From Alphaproteobacteria bacterium (GTDB taxonomy: Bacteria; Pseudomonadota; Alphaproteobacteria; GCA-2731375): a stretch of DNA of 46,836 nucleotides. The number at the start of each line of letters is the position of its first letter. Positions within the stretch are counted from its first letter, which is position 1. Location: positions 1 to 46,836 of the forward strand of contig JAYGEB010000127.1 of NCBI GenBank assembly GCA_046582595.1, read 5' to 3'. Below, in pieces: positions 33,321 through 43,562 of the stretch. A program made the translations under genes and the position numbers. The notes below the pieces were generated by a model, which was not told the origin of the DNA, did no database searches, and worked only from the letters and a program-made list of their open reading frames with translations.

Positions 33321-34916
33321 ATGACCATGAAACGAACATTACTTGCGGCTACCACTGCCTTGGCATTGGTTGTCGCCGGCGCCACGGGCGTCAACGCGAA
33401 AGAACTTCGCTGGGGCTTCCAGACCGATACGGATAGTCTGGATCCCCATGCGCATGCGGTGACCTTCACCATCGGCTTTCTGGGCAATGTTTACGAAGGC
33501 CTGGTGCGCCGCGATGGTGATCTGAAGATCGTGCCGGCCCTGGCCGAATCCTGGACCGTGTCCGACGATGCCACGGTCTGGCGCTTCAAATTGCGCAAGG
33601 GCGTGAAATTCAGCAACGGCAACGACTTCAACGCCGATGACGTGCTGTTCAGCTACAAGCGGATGTCCGATCCCGACGCGCAGATGAAAATCGGTCTTTC
33701 CAGCGTCAAGGAAGTGAACAAGATCGACGATCACACGGTGGAATTTATCACCAAGACACCGAACCCGATCCTGACCGGCCGCTTCAACAGCTTCTTCATG
33801 ATGGATAAGGAATGGTCGGAAGAAAAAGGCGCGACCAAGGTCACCGTGATGTCGGGTGACACGCAAAAAGTCAGCCCGGCCGGACAAATGTCCATGGGCA
33901 CGGGCCCCTTCGTCATCACCGACCGCACGGCGCAAGTGAAAACCACCCTGGTGCCGAACAAGAACTGGTGGGGCAAGGCGAGCCATAATCTGACCAAGGT
34001 CACCATGACGCCGGTGAAGCAGGATGCGACCCGGGTCGCTGCCCTGCTGTCCGGCGAACTGGACATGGCCTATCCAATTCCAACCCAGGATATCAAGCGG
34101 GTCAACAGCAACAGCGGCACCTCCGTCCTGGTGGGTCCGGAATTGCGCACCATCTTCTTGTTCATGGAACAGGGCAACGACAAACTGTTCGGCACGGATA
34201 CCAAGAACCCGTTCCAGGATGTCCGCGTGCGCAAGGCGCTGTATCAGTCGATTAATATCGAGGCCATCAAGACGAAGATCATGCGTGGGCTGTCAACGCC
34301 ATCCGCCATCATGATCTCGCCCAAGCTGTTCGACCGCGCCGGCGATTTCAGCCGCTATGCCTACGATCCGTCGGCGGCGAAGAAACTGCTGGCCGACGCC
34401 GGCTACGCCAATGGGTTTTCGGCCCGGTTCGATTGCCCGAACGACCGCTATGTCAATGACGAGCAGATCTGCCAGGCCGTGACCTCCATGGCCGCCAAGG
34501 TCGGCATCAGGCTGAGCCTGACGGCCAAGCCCAAGGCGCAGTATTTCAAGCAGGTGCTGGAGCCGAAGAAGCGGGACTATCACGTGGGCCTGATCGGCTG
34601 GACGCCGGGCTCCATGGACAGCTACAGCATAGTCAAAGATCTGCAAGCTTCCTACTCGTCGGAGAAAAAGACCGGCCGCTACAATCTGTCGAACATCTCG
34701 GATGCGCGGATCGACGCCCTGACCCCGATGATCCAATCGGAAAGCAACAAGACCAAGCGTGATGCCATGATCGCCGAGGTCTACAAACGGGTGCACGACA
34801 ATGTGTATTTCATTCCGTTGCATCAACAGGCCCTGGCATGGGGCAAACGCGACAACGTCTCGCTGACCCAGCGCGGCGATAACGTTTTCCGTTTTCGCTA
34901 TGTGAACATCAACTAG
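33321..34916 (+). CDS. ABC transporter substrate-binding protein, family 5 (peptide/nickel type)
   Basis: Signal peptide MTMKRTLLAATTALALVVAGATGVNA, about 530 aa, SBP_bac_5-like (LVRRD.DLKIVPALAESW). First gene of a five-gene Dpp/Opp-like operon. Confidence 0.88.
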   Translation: MTMKRTLLAATTALALVVAGATGVNAKELRWGFQTDTDSLDPHAHAVTFTIGFLGNVYEGLVRRDGDLKIVPALAESWTVSDDATVWRFKLRKGVKFSNGNDFNADDVLFSYKRMSDPDAQMKIGLSSVKEVNKIDDHTVEFITKTPNPILTGRFNSFFMMDKEWSEEKGATKVTVMSGDTQKVSPAGQMSMGTGPFVITDRTAQVKTTLVPNKNWWGKASHNLTKVTMTPVKQDATRVAALLSGELDMAYPIPTQDIKRVNSNSGTSVLVGPELRTIFLFMEQGNDKLFGTDTKNPFQDVRVRKALYQSINIEAIKTKIMRGLSTPSAIMISPKLFDRAGDFSRYAYDPSAAKKLLADAGYANGFSARFDCPNDRYVNDEQICQAVTSMAAKVGIRLSLTAKPKAQYFKQVLEPKKRDYHVGLIGWTPGSMDSYSIVKDLQASYSSEKKTGRYNLSNISDARIDALTPMIQSESNKTKRDAMIAEVYKRVHDNVYFIPLHQQALAWGKRDNVSLTQRGDNVFRFRYVNIN

Positions 34917-35017
34917 TATTGAATTGCGTATGAAGAAACCGGGCGCCGCCGCGGCCAAATGCCGTGGCGGCGCATCGGTTTAGCGGCGGTATTTTTGCCG
35001 CATAACGGAAGCGAACG

Positions 35018-36007
35018 ATGATTGCATTCCTGGTCCGGCGGCTCTTGCAGGCCATTGCCGTCATGGCGGTCGTGGCGCTGTGCGCTTTTTTCATGTTTCA
35101 ATTCGTCGGCGATCCGATCAACCAGATGGTCGCCGAGGATGCCACGGACGCGGACCGTGCCTACCTGCGCGAACAGCTTGGCCTGAACGATCCCATACCG
35201 GTGCAGTTCGCGAATTTCGCCTTGAATGCGGCGCAAGGCAATTTCGGCGTGTCCTATCAGCACAAGCGTCCGGTCTCCACGCTGATCCTGGAGCGCATGC
35301 CGGCAACCCTGGAACTGGCAGTGACCGCCGCCCTTATCGCGGCTCTGTTGGGGGTGCCCATGGGGGTCTACACCGGGCTTAGACGAGAGGGCTTCGCCTC
35401 CAAGTTGATCATGACCGTGTCGCTGGTCGGTATTTCCCTACCGACCTTTCTGATCGGCATTCTGCTGATCTATCTGTTTGCCGTGATATTGGGTTGGCTG
35501 CCGTCGTTTGGCCGCGGCAACGTGGTGCAAATCGGCGCCTGGGAAACCAATTTTTTGTCGGTCTCGGGTTTGAAATCGATCATCTTGCCGGCGATCACCC
35601 TGGCGCTGTTTCAAATGACCTTCATCATGCGGCTGATCCGTTCGGAGATGCTGGAGGTAATGCGCACGGATTTCATCAAATTCGCCCGCGCCCGCGGCCT
35701 GTCCAACCGCGCCGTCAATTACGGCCATGCGCTGAAGAATACCCTGGTGCCGGTGATTACCATCATCGGCCTGCAGCTCGGCTCGTTGATCGCCTTCGCC
35801 ATCATCACGGAAACCGTGTTTCAATGGCCAGGCATGGGGCAATTGTTCCTGCAGGCGGTGCAAGTGGTCGATATTCCGATCATGTCCGCCTACCTGATCC
35901 TGATCGCTTTCTTTTTCGTCGTCATCAATCTGATCGTCGACATGCTCTATTTTGTGGTCGATCCGCGCCTGCGCGTCGATCTGCCCACGGGGTCGGGGCA
36001 TGGTTGA
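35018..36007 (+). CDS. ABC transporter permease (DppB/OppB-like)
   Basis: MIAFLVRRLLQAIAVMAVV.. N-terminus and EAA-loop region FIKFARARGLS typical of family-5 permeases. Confidence 0.88.
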   Translation: MIAFLVRRLLQAIAVMAVVALCAFFMFQFVGDPINQMVAEDATDADRAYLREQLGLNDPIPVQFANFALNAAQGNFGVSYQHKRPVSTLILERMPATLELAVTAALIAALLGVPMGVYTGLRREGFASKLIMTVSLVGISLPTFLIGILLIYLFAVILGWLPSFGRGNVVQIGAWETNFLSVSGLKSIILPAITLALFQMTFIMRLIRSEMLEVMRTDFIKFARARGLSNRAVNYGHALKNTLVPVITIIGLQLGSLIAFAIITETVFQWPGMGQLFLQAVQVVDIPIMSAYLILIAFFFVVINLIVDMLYFVVDPRLRVDLPTGSGHG

Positions 36008-36965
36008 ACAGGTAACCGAACACCTCGATGCAGGCAAAATTCCGGCGGGGCCACCTTCGGCGTGGCATCGGATTTGGGATAGCGACATGTTCTATTCCTT
36101 CCGCGCCTCGAAAGTAGCCATGGCCGCGGCCATCGTGACCGCATTGATTTTCTTCCTGGCGATATTTGCCCCTTTGGTGGCGCCTCATTCACCATTCGAC
36201 GTGGCGACGATAGATCTGATGGACGCCGAGTTGCCGCCAGCCTGGGAGGCGGAAGGCGACCGGCGTTTCCTGCTGGGTACCGACAATCTGGGCCGCGATT
36301 TATGGTCGACCATCCTGTACGGCACGCGGATATCCCTGGCCGTCGGTTTTTTTAGCGTCATTTTCGGCCTTGTCGTGGGGGTGAGCCTGGGCTTGGTCTC
36401 GGGCTATGTTGGTGGATTTGTGGACGCCTTCATCATGCGCGTGGCGGAAATCCAGCTCTCCATCCCTGGCATCCTCATCGCCTTGCTGTTGGCCGGGGTT
36501 TTGCGCGGCGTTCTCAGCGCGGAGGCCTACAACGATGCCATCGTGTATGTTTTGGTTCTAACCATCGGTACTTCCATCTGGCCGCAGTTTGCCCGCACCG
36601 TGCGCGGCTCCACTCTGGTGGAACGCAACAAGGAATATGTTCTGGCCGCCCGGGTCATCGGCCTTTCGCGCCTGGCTATCATGTGGCGCCATGTGTTGCC
36701 GAATGTGATGGGTCCGGTTTTGGTGATCGCCACCATCAATTTGGCCATTGCCATTCTTTCGGAGGCGACCTTGTCGTTTCTGGGCGTCGGCGTGCCACCG
36801 ACCGAGCCGTCCTTGGGCACCTTGATCAACGTGGGGCAAAACTATCTGTTCTCCGGCCTGTGGTGGATCACTATATTCCCCGGCATTGTGCTGGCGGTTC
36901 TGGTGCTGGCCGTTAATCTCCTGGGTGATTGGCTCCGAGATGCCCTGAACCCAAAATTGCGTTGA
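36000..36965 (+). CDS. ABC transporter permease (DppC/OppC-like)
   Basis: ATG 36000 overlaps the upstream stop. LLGTDNLGRDLWSTILYGTRISL and EYVLAARVIGLSR motifs. Confidence 0.85.
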   Translation: MVEQVTEHLDAGKIPAGPPSAWHRIWDSDMFYSFRASKVAMAAAIVTALIFFLAIFAPLVAPHSPFDVATIDLMDAELPPAWEAEGDRRFLLGTDNLGRDLWSTILYGTRISLAVGFFSVIFGLVVGVSLGLVSGYVGGFVDAFIMRVAEIQLSIPGILIALLLAGVLRGVLSAEAYNDAIVYVLVLTIGTSIWPQFARTVRGSTLVERNKEYVLAARVIGLSRLAIMWRHVLPNVMGPVLVIATINLAIAILSEATLSFLGVGVPPTEPSLGTLINVGQNYLFSGLWWITIFPGIVLAVLVLAVNLLGDWLRDALNPKLR

Positions 36966-36967
36966 TC

Positions 36968-37981
36968 ATGGCCGCATCCTTGCAAGACGATAACCAGTCA
37001 CTTCTTTCGGTACGCAATCTCCGTATCGAGTTTCCCACCCGCCGGGGCACTCTGGTGGCGGTGGACGATATCTCCTTCGATATCGCGCCGGGTGAAATAC
37101 TTGGCGTGGTCGGAGAGTCCGGCGCCGGGAAATCACTGACTGGCGCGGCCATCATTGGCCTGATTGAGCCGCCCGGCCGGATCGCGCGGGGCGAAATCTT
37201 TCTGGAAGGCCAGCGCATCGATAATCTGCCCTATGAGGAATTCCGCCGCATTCGCGGCCGCCGCATCGGCGCCATTTTTCAGGATCCCCTGACCTCTCTC
37301 AATCCGCTCTATTCCGTCTCCCGGCAGTTAATCGAAACCATCCAGACCCACCTGCCCCTGAACGATCGCGAGGCCCGCGAGAGGGCCCTGGAATTGCTCG
37401 ACGAAGTGGGCATTCCCGGCGCGGCGGAGCGTATCGATCATTATCCCCATCAATTCTCCGGCGGCATGCGCCAGCGCGTGGTGATCGCGCTGGCGCTCTG
37501 CGCCGAGCCGCGCCTGATCATCGCGGATGAGCCGACCACGGCGCTGGATGTTTCCATTCAGGCCCAGATCATTTCCCTGCTGAAGCGCCTGTGTCACGAA
37601 CATGGCACGGCGGTGATGCTGGTGACCCATGACATGGGCGTGATCGCCGAGGCGGCGGACCGGGTCGCCGTGATGTATTCGGGCCGTATCGCCGAGATTG
37701 GTCCGGTGGGGGAGGTGGTGCGCGCGGCCAAGCATCCCTATACCCACGGCCTCATGGGATCGATCCCGCATATTGGCCATCATGTGGACCAATTGACCCA
37801 GATTGACGGTTCCATGCCGCGCTTGCAGGATATTCCCCCTGGCTGCGCCTTCAATCCCCGCTGCGAACAGGTTACGGCCCGTTGCCGGGTGGAGCGCCCC
37901 GATTTGCAGGCCGTTGAGAAATCAGCCGTGGCCTGCCATTTGTTCGACGCACGGTCGGTGGAGGCCCAGGCCGGTGAATAA
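36968..37981 (+). CDS. ABC transporter ATP-binding protein (DppD/OppD-like)
   Basis: Walker A GESGAGKS, signature FSGGMRQR, Walker [14 protein letters not shown]-terminal oligopeptide-type extension (HPYT..L..S.P). Confidence 0.88.
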   Translation: MAASLQDDNQSLLSVRNLRIEFPTRRGTLVAVDDISFDIAPGEILGVVGESGAGKSLTGAAIIGLIEPPGRIARGEIFLEGQRIDNLPYEEFRRIRGRRIGAIFQDPLTSLNPLYSVSRQLIETIQTHLPLNDREARERALELLDEVGIPGAAERIDHYPHQFSGGMRQRVVIALALCAEPRLIIADEPTTALDVSIQAQIISLLKRLCHEHGTAVMLVTHDMGVIAEAADRVAVMYSGRIAEIGPVGEVVRAAKHPYTHGLMGSIPHIGHHVDQLTQIDGSMPRLQDIPPGCAFNPRCEQVTARCRVERPDLQAVEKSAVACHLFDARSVEAQAGE

Positions 37982-38993
37982 TGTTGCCAACAATGGATCC
38001 ACGCCGCTGCTGTCGGTCGCTGGCTTGGTGCGGCATTTCGATGTTTCCGCGCCGTTCCTGAACCGTCTGATCGAGCGTTTGGACCGGTCCTACGTGAAAG
38101 CCGTGGACGGCATCAGTTTCGAAATTGGGCGGGGCAAGACTTTTTCCCTGGTGGGCGAGTCCGGTTGCGGCAAATCCACCGTCGCCCGGTTGATTGTCGG
38201 GCTCTATCAGCCCTCCGCCGGCTCGATCCGGTACGAAGGCGTGGAAATCGGCCCCCGGGAGGCGGCGGAGGACCGCAAGCGCATACAGCCGCATATGCAA
38301 ATGATCTTTCAGGATCCCTATGCTTCCCTCAATCCCCGCTGGCGGGTCGCCAACATAATCGCCGAACCGATCAACGTGCGCGGCCTGCTGAAAAACAAGT
38401 CTGAAATTCAGACCCGCGTCGGCGAACTGTTGACCCAGGTCGGCCTGTCGCCGGCCGATGGCGAACGCTACCCCCATGAATTTTCCGGCGGCCAGCGCCA
38501 GCGCATTTCCATCGCCCGCGCCCTGGCCGGCGAACCGGAGTTTCTGGTTTGCGACGAGCCCACCTCCGCCCTGGATGTCTCCGTCCAGGCGCAAATCCTC
38601 AACCTGATGAAGGAATTGCAGGACCGCCTCGGGCTGACCTATCTGTTCATCAGCCATGACCTGGCGGTGGTCTATCACGTCTCCACCACGGTCGGCGTGA
38701 TGTATCTGGGCAAGCTGGTGGAATGGGCCGAGACCAAGACCCTGTTCGAAAACCCCCGCCACCCCTATACGCGGATGCTGCTGGATGCCATCCCCGATCT
38801 GGAAATGTCCGGCCGCCAGCGCATCCCCGTCGCCGGTGAAGTGCCCAGCCCCATCAATCCGCCATCGGGCTGCGCCTTCCACCCCCGCTGCCCCCATGCC
38901 GATGACCGCTGCCGGACGGAAACGCCCCAGCCGCAAGTGTACGACGGTGTCCACGTGGCCTGCCACGCCGTCGCCGACGGGCGGATCGGTTGA
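37974..38993 (+). CDS. ABC transporter ATP-binding protein (DppF/OppF-like)
   Basis: GTG 37974 overlaps the upstream stop. Walker A GESGCGKST, signature FSGGQRQR, Walker B FLVCDEPTSALD, C-terminal HPYTRMLL..PSP..PPSGC.FHPRCP. Confidence 0.85.
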   Translation: MNNVANNGSTPLLSVAGLVRHFDVSAPFLNRLIERLDRSYVKAVDGISFEIGRGKTFSLVGESGCGKSTVARLIVGLYQPSAGSIRYEGVEIGPREAAEDRKRIQPHMQMIFQDPYASLNPRWRVANIIAEPINVRGLLKNKSEIQTRVGELLTQVGLSPADGERYPHEFSGGQRQRISIARALAGEPEFLVCDEPTSALDVSVQAQILNLMKELQDRLGLTYLFISHDLAVVYHVSTTVGVMYLGKLVEWAETKTLFENPRHPYTRMLLDAIPDLEMSGRQRIPVAGEVPSPINPPSGCAFHPRCPHADDRCRTETPQPQVYDGVHVACHAVADGRIG

Positions 38994-39067
38994 TGTCGTT
39001 CTGGCATCCGTTTTCGTTTGAACTGAAACGTCTGATGTACGATGCCGTATTGGCCTGAGTCTCCCGG

Positions 39068-39859
39068 CTATTCCTGATAATCGATCTGCTCGGCGGGAAT
39101 GTGGCGCCAGGTGTTGTCCTGTTCCTGCTCTTCCAGAAAATGCGTGCCCATGGAGATGCTGCGCGGGGTCAGCAGGAACATCCGCGTGGAGCGCCAGGAA
39201 AAGCCCAGATCGAGAATAACCAGGGCGCCGACCCCGTCCAGGTTCATCGGTACCGCCCGGCCGCCGCGGGCCGCCGCCAACGCGCGGCCCATGGCCTCTC
39301 CGAAGCGGCAATACAGGCCATGGACGCCCTGTTTCCTGGCGATCTCCAGAACCTTGGGCGCGCGCGGATCGGCGCCATGCAGGGGAATGCCGAAGCCCGG
39401 CACCCGCGCTCCCCGCGCCAATGTTTCGCCGACCAGTTTGGTGGCCCTGGCTTGCAGGGCGTCATCGCCGGGCGCCGGGCCATCGGCGATATCGGCGAGG
39501 CTTTCGACCATCATCTTCGCCATCTGTTCGCCCAAGCCGCCCATGCGGTCGCCGAAGGCCTGAATGCCGCCCGCCACCGCCGCCTGTATCGAGGTGCCGT
39601 AAGAGGCGTAACAGCGCGCGATCATGGAGGGCGGCGCGATGCCGTGTTCGACCGAGGCGACCAGCAGCGCATCCAGCACCCGGGTCTCGGCCGCCGAGGG
39701 CTTGCGCCCCTGCAGCATGACGAACATCATCCCGGCCAGACTGACATCATCGATCAGATCGTTCAGATCGTGGCCGCGCACGATGATCTTGTCCTCTCCC
39801 TCGGTGCCGATAACCTGGCTGATCGAGGTCTCCCATTTGCTCATATCCCGCGTTGCCAT
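39068..39859 (-). CDS. citrate-synthase-fold protein, citryl-CoA-lyase-like
   Basis: 263 aa: SKWETSISQV..DKIIVRGHDLNDLI..MMFVMLQGRKPSAAETRVLDALLVASVEHG..PS. Family recalled from similar short citrate-synthase-like proteins. Confidence 0.65.
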   Translation of the reverse strand: MATRDMSKWETSISQVIGTEGEDKIIVRGHDLNDLIDDVSLAGMMFVMLQGRKPSAAETRVLDALLVASVEHGIAPPSMIARCYASYGTSIQAAVAGGIQAFGDRMGGLGEQMAKMMVESLADIADGPAPGDDALQARATKLVGETLARGARVPGFGIPLHGADPRAPKVLEIARKQGVHGLYCRFGEAMGRALAAARGGRAVPMNLDGVGALVILDLGFSWRSTRMFLLTPRSISMGTHFLEEQEQDNTWRHIPAEQIDYQE

Positions 39860-40039
39860 GTTGAACTCCCAATAATCAAAGTAAAATTGCCCGCGTCGCC
39901 GATCTATTGCGATCCTATCCCACGCTCAATGCCGCAAATGTCCGGACGACGCAATTCGCCGATCAAGGCGCGGCGGACCGCTTCGCCTCCGGCTTGGCGG
40001 CGTCGGGTTTGCCGGAGGCCTGATCCGGTCGAAGCCGGC

Positions 40040-40897
40040 TTACGATATTTCGAATTTGTCCAGGTCGTTGCCGATTATCACTTCACCGGCGAAGGCGGCG
40101 GCGTCGAACTCCGGCTTGGCGCCCGGCAGATGATGGGTCAGCACCACCTTGCCGACATTCGCCTGGGCCGCGATATCAATGCAGTCCTGGGGGCTGGCAT
40201 GAAATTCGTGCAGGCGTTCGATGATGCGCCGGCGCGCGGACGGCAGGTCGGGAGAAGGCGCCACGGCGCAGGCGTCGATCACCAATACGTCGATGCCCCG
40301 GCAGAATGCGATCAGCTCGTCGCACTTGGCCGTATCGCCGGTGACCACCAGTGTGTGGCCTTCATAAGTAAATTTGAAGGCCAGAGCGTGCATGGGCGGA
40401 TGATAAACCGGTCCGGCTTCCACCAGGCATCCATCGATCTCCGCCGACCAACCGACGGCGACATCGCGGACGGTGATATCATCGAAGCCGGCGCGGGGAA
40501 AACCCAGATCGATTGCCCATTCCGCCTGCTCCCGGTAATAGCTCTCCACCAATTGATGATGCATGGCCTTGGTGCCGATGGGGCCGGTCACCGTCAATTT
40601 CTGGCGTCCGGCAGTCCAACCGCCCCAAACGAAGGCGGGATAGCCCAGAATATGATCCCAATGCATATGGGTCAGGGCAACGTTGTGAACGCCCTCCAGC
40701 GCCACCCCGGCCGCCAACAGTTGGCCGACCACGCCATCGCCGGCATCCACCAGCATATGACCGCCATTGCCCCCCTTGGCGCCCCATCGCACCAGGGCGG
40801 CGGGATGGTGACGCTCCAGCGTGGGGCGAGGCGAGCCGGTGCCAAGCAAGGTGACCTTGAAGGCGCCCCGGTCCCGCTCTGGTAATTCATCCGACAT
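40040..40897 (-). CDS. MBL-fold metallo-hydrolase (RNase Z-like)
   Basis: LLGTGSPRP.., HMHWDH metal motif, and downstream TGDT/H motifs. Confidence 0.8.
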   Translation of the reverse strand: MSDELPERDRGAFKVTLLGTGSPRPTLERHHPAALVRWGAKGGNGGHMLVDAGDGVVGQLLAAGVALEGVHNVALTHMHWDHILGYPAFVWGGWTAGRQKLTVTGPIGTKAMHHQLVESYYREQAEWAIDLGFPRAGFDDITVRDVAVGWSAEIDGCLVEAGPVYHPPMHALAFKFTYEGHTLVVTGDTAKCDELIAFCRGIDVLVIDACAVAPSPDLPSARRRIIERLHEFHASPQDCIDIAAQANVGKVVLTHHLPGAKPEFDAAAFAGEVIIGNDLDKFEIS

Positions 40898-41026
40898 GGC
40901 GGCAGTTTATGCCGGTGCGCCTTCATTGGCCATGGCGGCGCTTCCCACGGTGGTGGTATGCTTGTTAAGCTGCCTTACAGGGAATTTTGAAGCTTTGGGA
41001 GAGGCCGCGCTGGCGGCCGGAGCAAC

Positions 41027-43039
41027 ATGGCAACATCGGACATGGCAACATCGAATGTGAAACTTTCGGCGGAGACGGCGGAAACCATTTACACCACCAT
41101 GCGCCGCATCCGCGCCTTCGAGGAAAAAACCATGGCCCTGTTCGAACAGGGCGCCGTGAAGGGAACCGCGCACAGCTATATTGGCCAGGAAGCCGTCGCC
41201 GCCGCAGTTTCCGCCAATCTGCGGGATGATGACTACATGGCCTCGAACCACCGCGGCCATGGCCACTGCATCGCCAAGGGCGCCGAACAGAGCCTGATGA
41301 TGGCGGAACTGATGGGCCGCGAGAACGGCTATTGCGGGGGCTTGGGCGGCTCCATGCATATCGCCGATCTCTCCCTGGGTATCCTGGGCGCCAACGGCGT
41401 CGTTGGGGCCACCATGCCGCTGGCGACGGGCGCCGCCCTGGCCATCAAACTGCGCCGGGGCGATCAGGTGGTGGTGGCGTTTTTCGGCGACGGCGCCTCG
41501 AACCAGGGGACCTTTCACGAATGCGCCAATCTGGCCAGTATCTGGAAGCTGCCGATCCTGTTCATTTGCGAGAACAACCAATACGCCCTGACGACATCGT
41601 ACCGGGACACCACCTCGGCGCGGCAGATTTCCGACCGCGCCGTGGGCTACGCCATGCCGGGCCTGACCATCGACGGCAACGATGCCGGCGAAGTCTATGC
41701 GGTGGTCGGCGAGGCCGTGGAACGCGCCCGGCAGGGCGAGGGGCCAAGTCTGATCGAATGCCTGACCTACCGTTGGGGCCAGCATTCCCTGCGCGCCAAC
41801 CTGCGAGACCCCCGGCCGAAGGAGGAATACGACGCCTGGATCGCCCGCGATCCCATCAAGCTGCTGGAAGAGCGCATGCGGGCCGAAAAGACCGTGCCGC
41901 GCAAACGGGTCAAAGAAATTGGCGCCCAGGTGGAGCGGGATTTGGAAAGCGCGGTCGCCTTCGGCAGCGCGGGAGCGGAGCCGACGGTCGAGCGAATGCT
42001 GGCTTCGGTCTATTCCAGCCATGCCCATTATGACGAACCCGGCCCCGTCGGCGATCGTGAAATCACCTATGTGGAAGCCCTGAACGAGGCCATGGGGGCG
42101 GAGATGGCGCGGGACGACAATGTCTTTGTCATGGGCGAGGACGTGGGCCAGACGGGCGGCATTTTTGGCGTGACCAAGGGCCTGTGGGAGCGCTTCGGCA
42201 ACGAGCGGGTTCGCGATACACCCATCACGGAGGCCGGCTTCACCGGCGCCGGGGTGGGCGCGGCCATTGCCGGCATGCGTCCGGTGGTGGAGATCCAGAT
42301 CTTCGATTTTGTCGCCCTGACCATGGACATGCTGGTCAATCAGGCCGCCAAGTTCCGCTATATGCTGGGCGGCAAGCCGACCGTGCCCCTGGTCGTGCGC
42401 GGCCCCCAGGGCGGTGGCATCCGCATGGCGGCGCAGCATAGTCAAAGCCTGGAAGCCTGGTTCACCCATGTGCCGGGCCTGGTGGTGCTGGCGCCGTCCA
42501 CGCCCTATGACGCCAAGGGCTTGTTGACGGCGGCCATCCGGGACGACAATCCGGTGATCTTTCTGGAACACAAAATGCTGTACATGGAAAGCAAGGGCGC
42601 GGTGCCCGAGCAGGACTACGCCATCCCCATCGGCAAGGGCGATATCAAGCGGCCGGGCACCGATGTCACCGTCGTGGCGACCATGGCCATGGTGCCGCGC
42701 GCCCTGGCCGCCGCGCGCGTGCTGGAGCGGGAGGGGATTTCGGTCGAGGTGCTGGATCCCCGCACCTTGCGTCCGCTGGATGAAGATTTGATCTTGTCTT
42801 CGGTGGCCAAGACCAATCGTTTGTTGATTGCCCATGAGGCCTGCAAGCAGGGCGGTTTCGGCGCCGAAGTCGCCGCCCTGGTGGTGGAAAAAGGCTTCGA
42901 CGATCTCGATGCCCCCATCGTCCGGGTTGCCGGCCTGGATGTCCCCATGCCCTATAACGATACCCTGGAACGGGCGGTGATCCCCTCGCAGGAGCGTTTG
43001 ATGGATGCCATTAGGGAATTGGTCGGGAATGGCATCTGA
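41027..43039 (+). CDS. fused 2-oxoacid (pyruvate/acetoin-type) dehydrogenase E1 component, alpha+beta in one polypeptide
   Basis: 670 aa. The N-terminal half is E1-alpha-like ([25 protein letters not shown] motif [10 protein letters not shown]). The C-terminal half is E1-beta-like ([31 protein letters not shown]). Confidence 0.85.
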   Translation: MATSDMATSNVKLSAETAETIYTTMRRIRAFEEKTMALFEQGAVKGTAHSYIGQEAVAAAVSANLRDDDYMASNHRGHGHCIAKGAEQSLMMAELMGRENGYCGGLGGSMHIADLSLGILGANGVVGATMPLATGAALAIKLRRGDQVVVAFFGDGASNQGTFHECANLASIWKLPILFICENNQYALTTSYRDTTSARQISDRAVGYAMPGLTIDGNDAGEVYAVVGEAVERARQGEGPSLIECLTYRWGQHSLRANLRDPRPKEEYDAWIARDPIKLLEERMRAEKTVPRKRVKEIGAQVERDLESAVAFGSAGAEPTVERMLASVYSSHAHYDEPGPVGDREITYVEALNEAMGAEMARDDNVFVMGEDVGQTGGIFGVTKGLWERFGNERVRDTPITEAGFTGAGVGAAIAGMRPVVEIQIFDFVALTMDMLVNQAAKFRYMLGGKPTVPLVVRGPQGGGIRMAAQHSQSLEAWFTHVPGLVVLAPSTPYDAKGLLTAAIRDDNPVIFLEHKMLYMESKGAVPEQDYAIPIGKGDIKRPGTDVTVVATMAMVPRALAAARVLEREGISVEVLDPRTLRPLDEDLILSSVAKTNRLLIAHEACKQGGFGAEVAALVVEKGFDDLDAPIVRVAGLDVPMPYNDTLERAVIPSQERLMDAIRELVGNGI

Positions 43040-43361
43040 TCCCCGGCCGGCCATCGATCTGGAGCATCTGGGCACGTACACCCAGGGCGACCGGGCCCTG
43101 GAATTGGAACTGCTGAACGTGCTTTTGCCCAATGCCCAGGGCTATGTCGATACCATGGCGGCGCATTCGGGCGAGACCTGGTGGGCGGCGGCGCACGGTC
43201 TGAAGGGCGTCTCCTTGGGCGCCGGCGCCAGGGAACTCGCCACCCTGGCCGAGGCGGCGGAGGCCGCGATGGACGCGGCGGCCAAAATTCGTGGCGGCCA
43301 TGTCACGGCCCTGCGGGCGGCGCTGGAGCGGGTGCGCCGCTTTGTCACGGACCTGGATTGA
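43005..43361 (+). CDS. stand-alone Hpt (histidine phosphotransfer) domain protein
   Basis: ..[25 protein letters not shown]....[25 protein letters not shown] 43005 or 43029; either start overlaps the 3' end of the E1 gene. Confidence 0.6.
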   Translation: MPLGNWSGMASDPRPAIDLEHLGTYTQGDRALELELLNVLLPNAQGYVDTMAAHSGETWWAAAHGLKGVSLGAGARELATLAEAAEAAMDAAAKIRGGHVTALRAALERVRRFVTDLD

Positions 43362-43442
43362 TCTAGATCAAGCCGCGCGCTGGATAAAGCGGCGATCATC
43401 CCCATCTCGAAAGGGAAACGCCCCGGTGGCAAACCGGAGGCA

Positions 43443-43544
43443 AGAGCAGTTCCGATCTAATGTGAATCACGAAGTGATTCTAAGTGATTGAAAAAACTGC
43501 TCTATTCTTAAGAAGCGGAGCATTTCCAATTCGGAAATGCTCTA
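43443..43544. repeat. palindromic intergenic repeat, family A, diverged copy 3
   Basis: Same 102-nt architecture as 13179-13280: closing stem AGAGCAGTT/AACTGCTCT, inner hairpin GAATCAC-gaa-GTGATTC at the same offset, TTCTTAAGAA spacer, and a 10-bp second hairpin GAGCATTTCC/GGAAATGCTC ending in TGCTCTA. Confidence 0.65.
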
Positions 43545-43562
43545 GGCTGGAGGGATGGGACC

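Noticed and set aside
43357-43370. 14-bp perfect palindrome TTGATCTAGATCAA overlapping the Hpt stop codon.
   Set aside because: It is a single short AT-rich palindrome with no second copy in the window and no adjacent promoter context. It could not be tied to any function.
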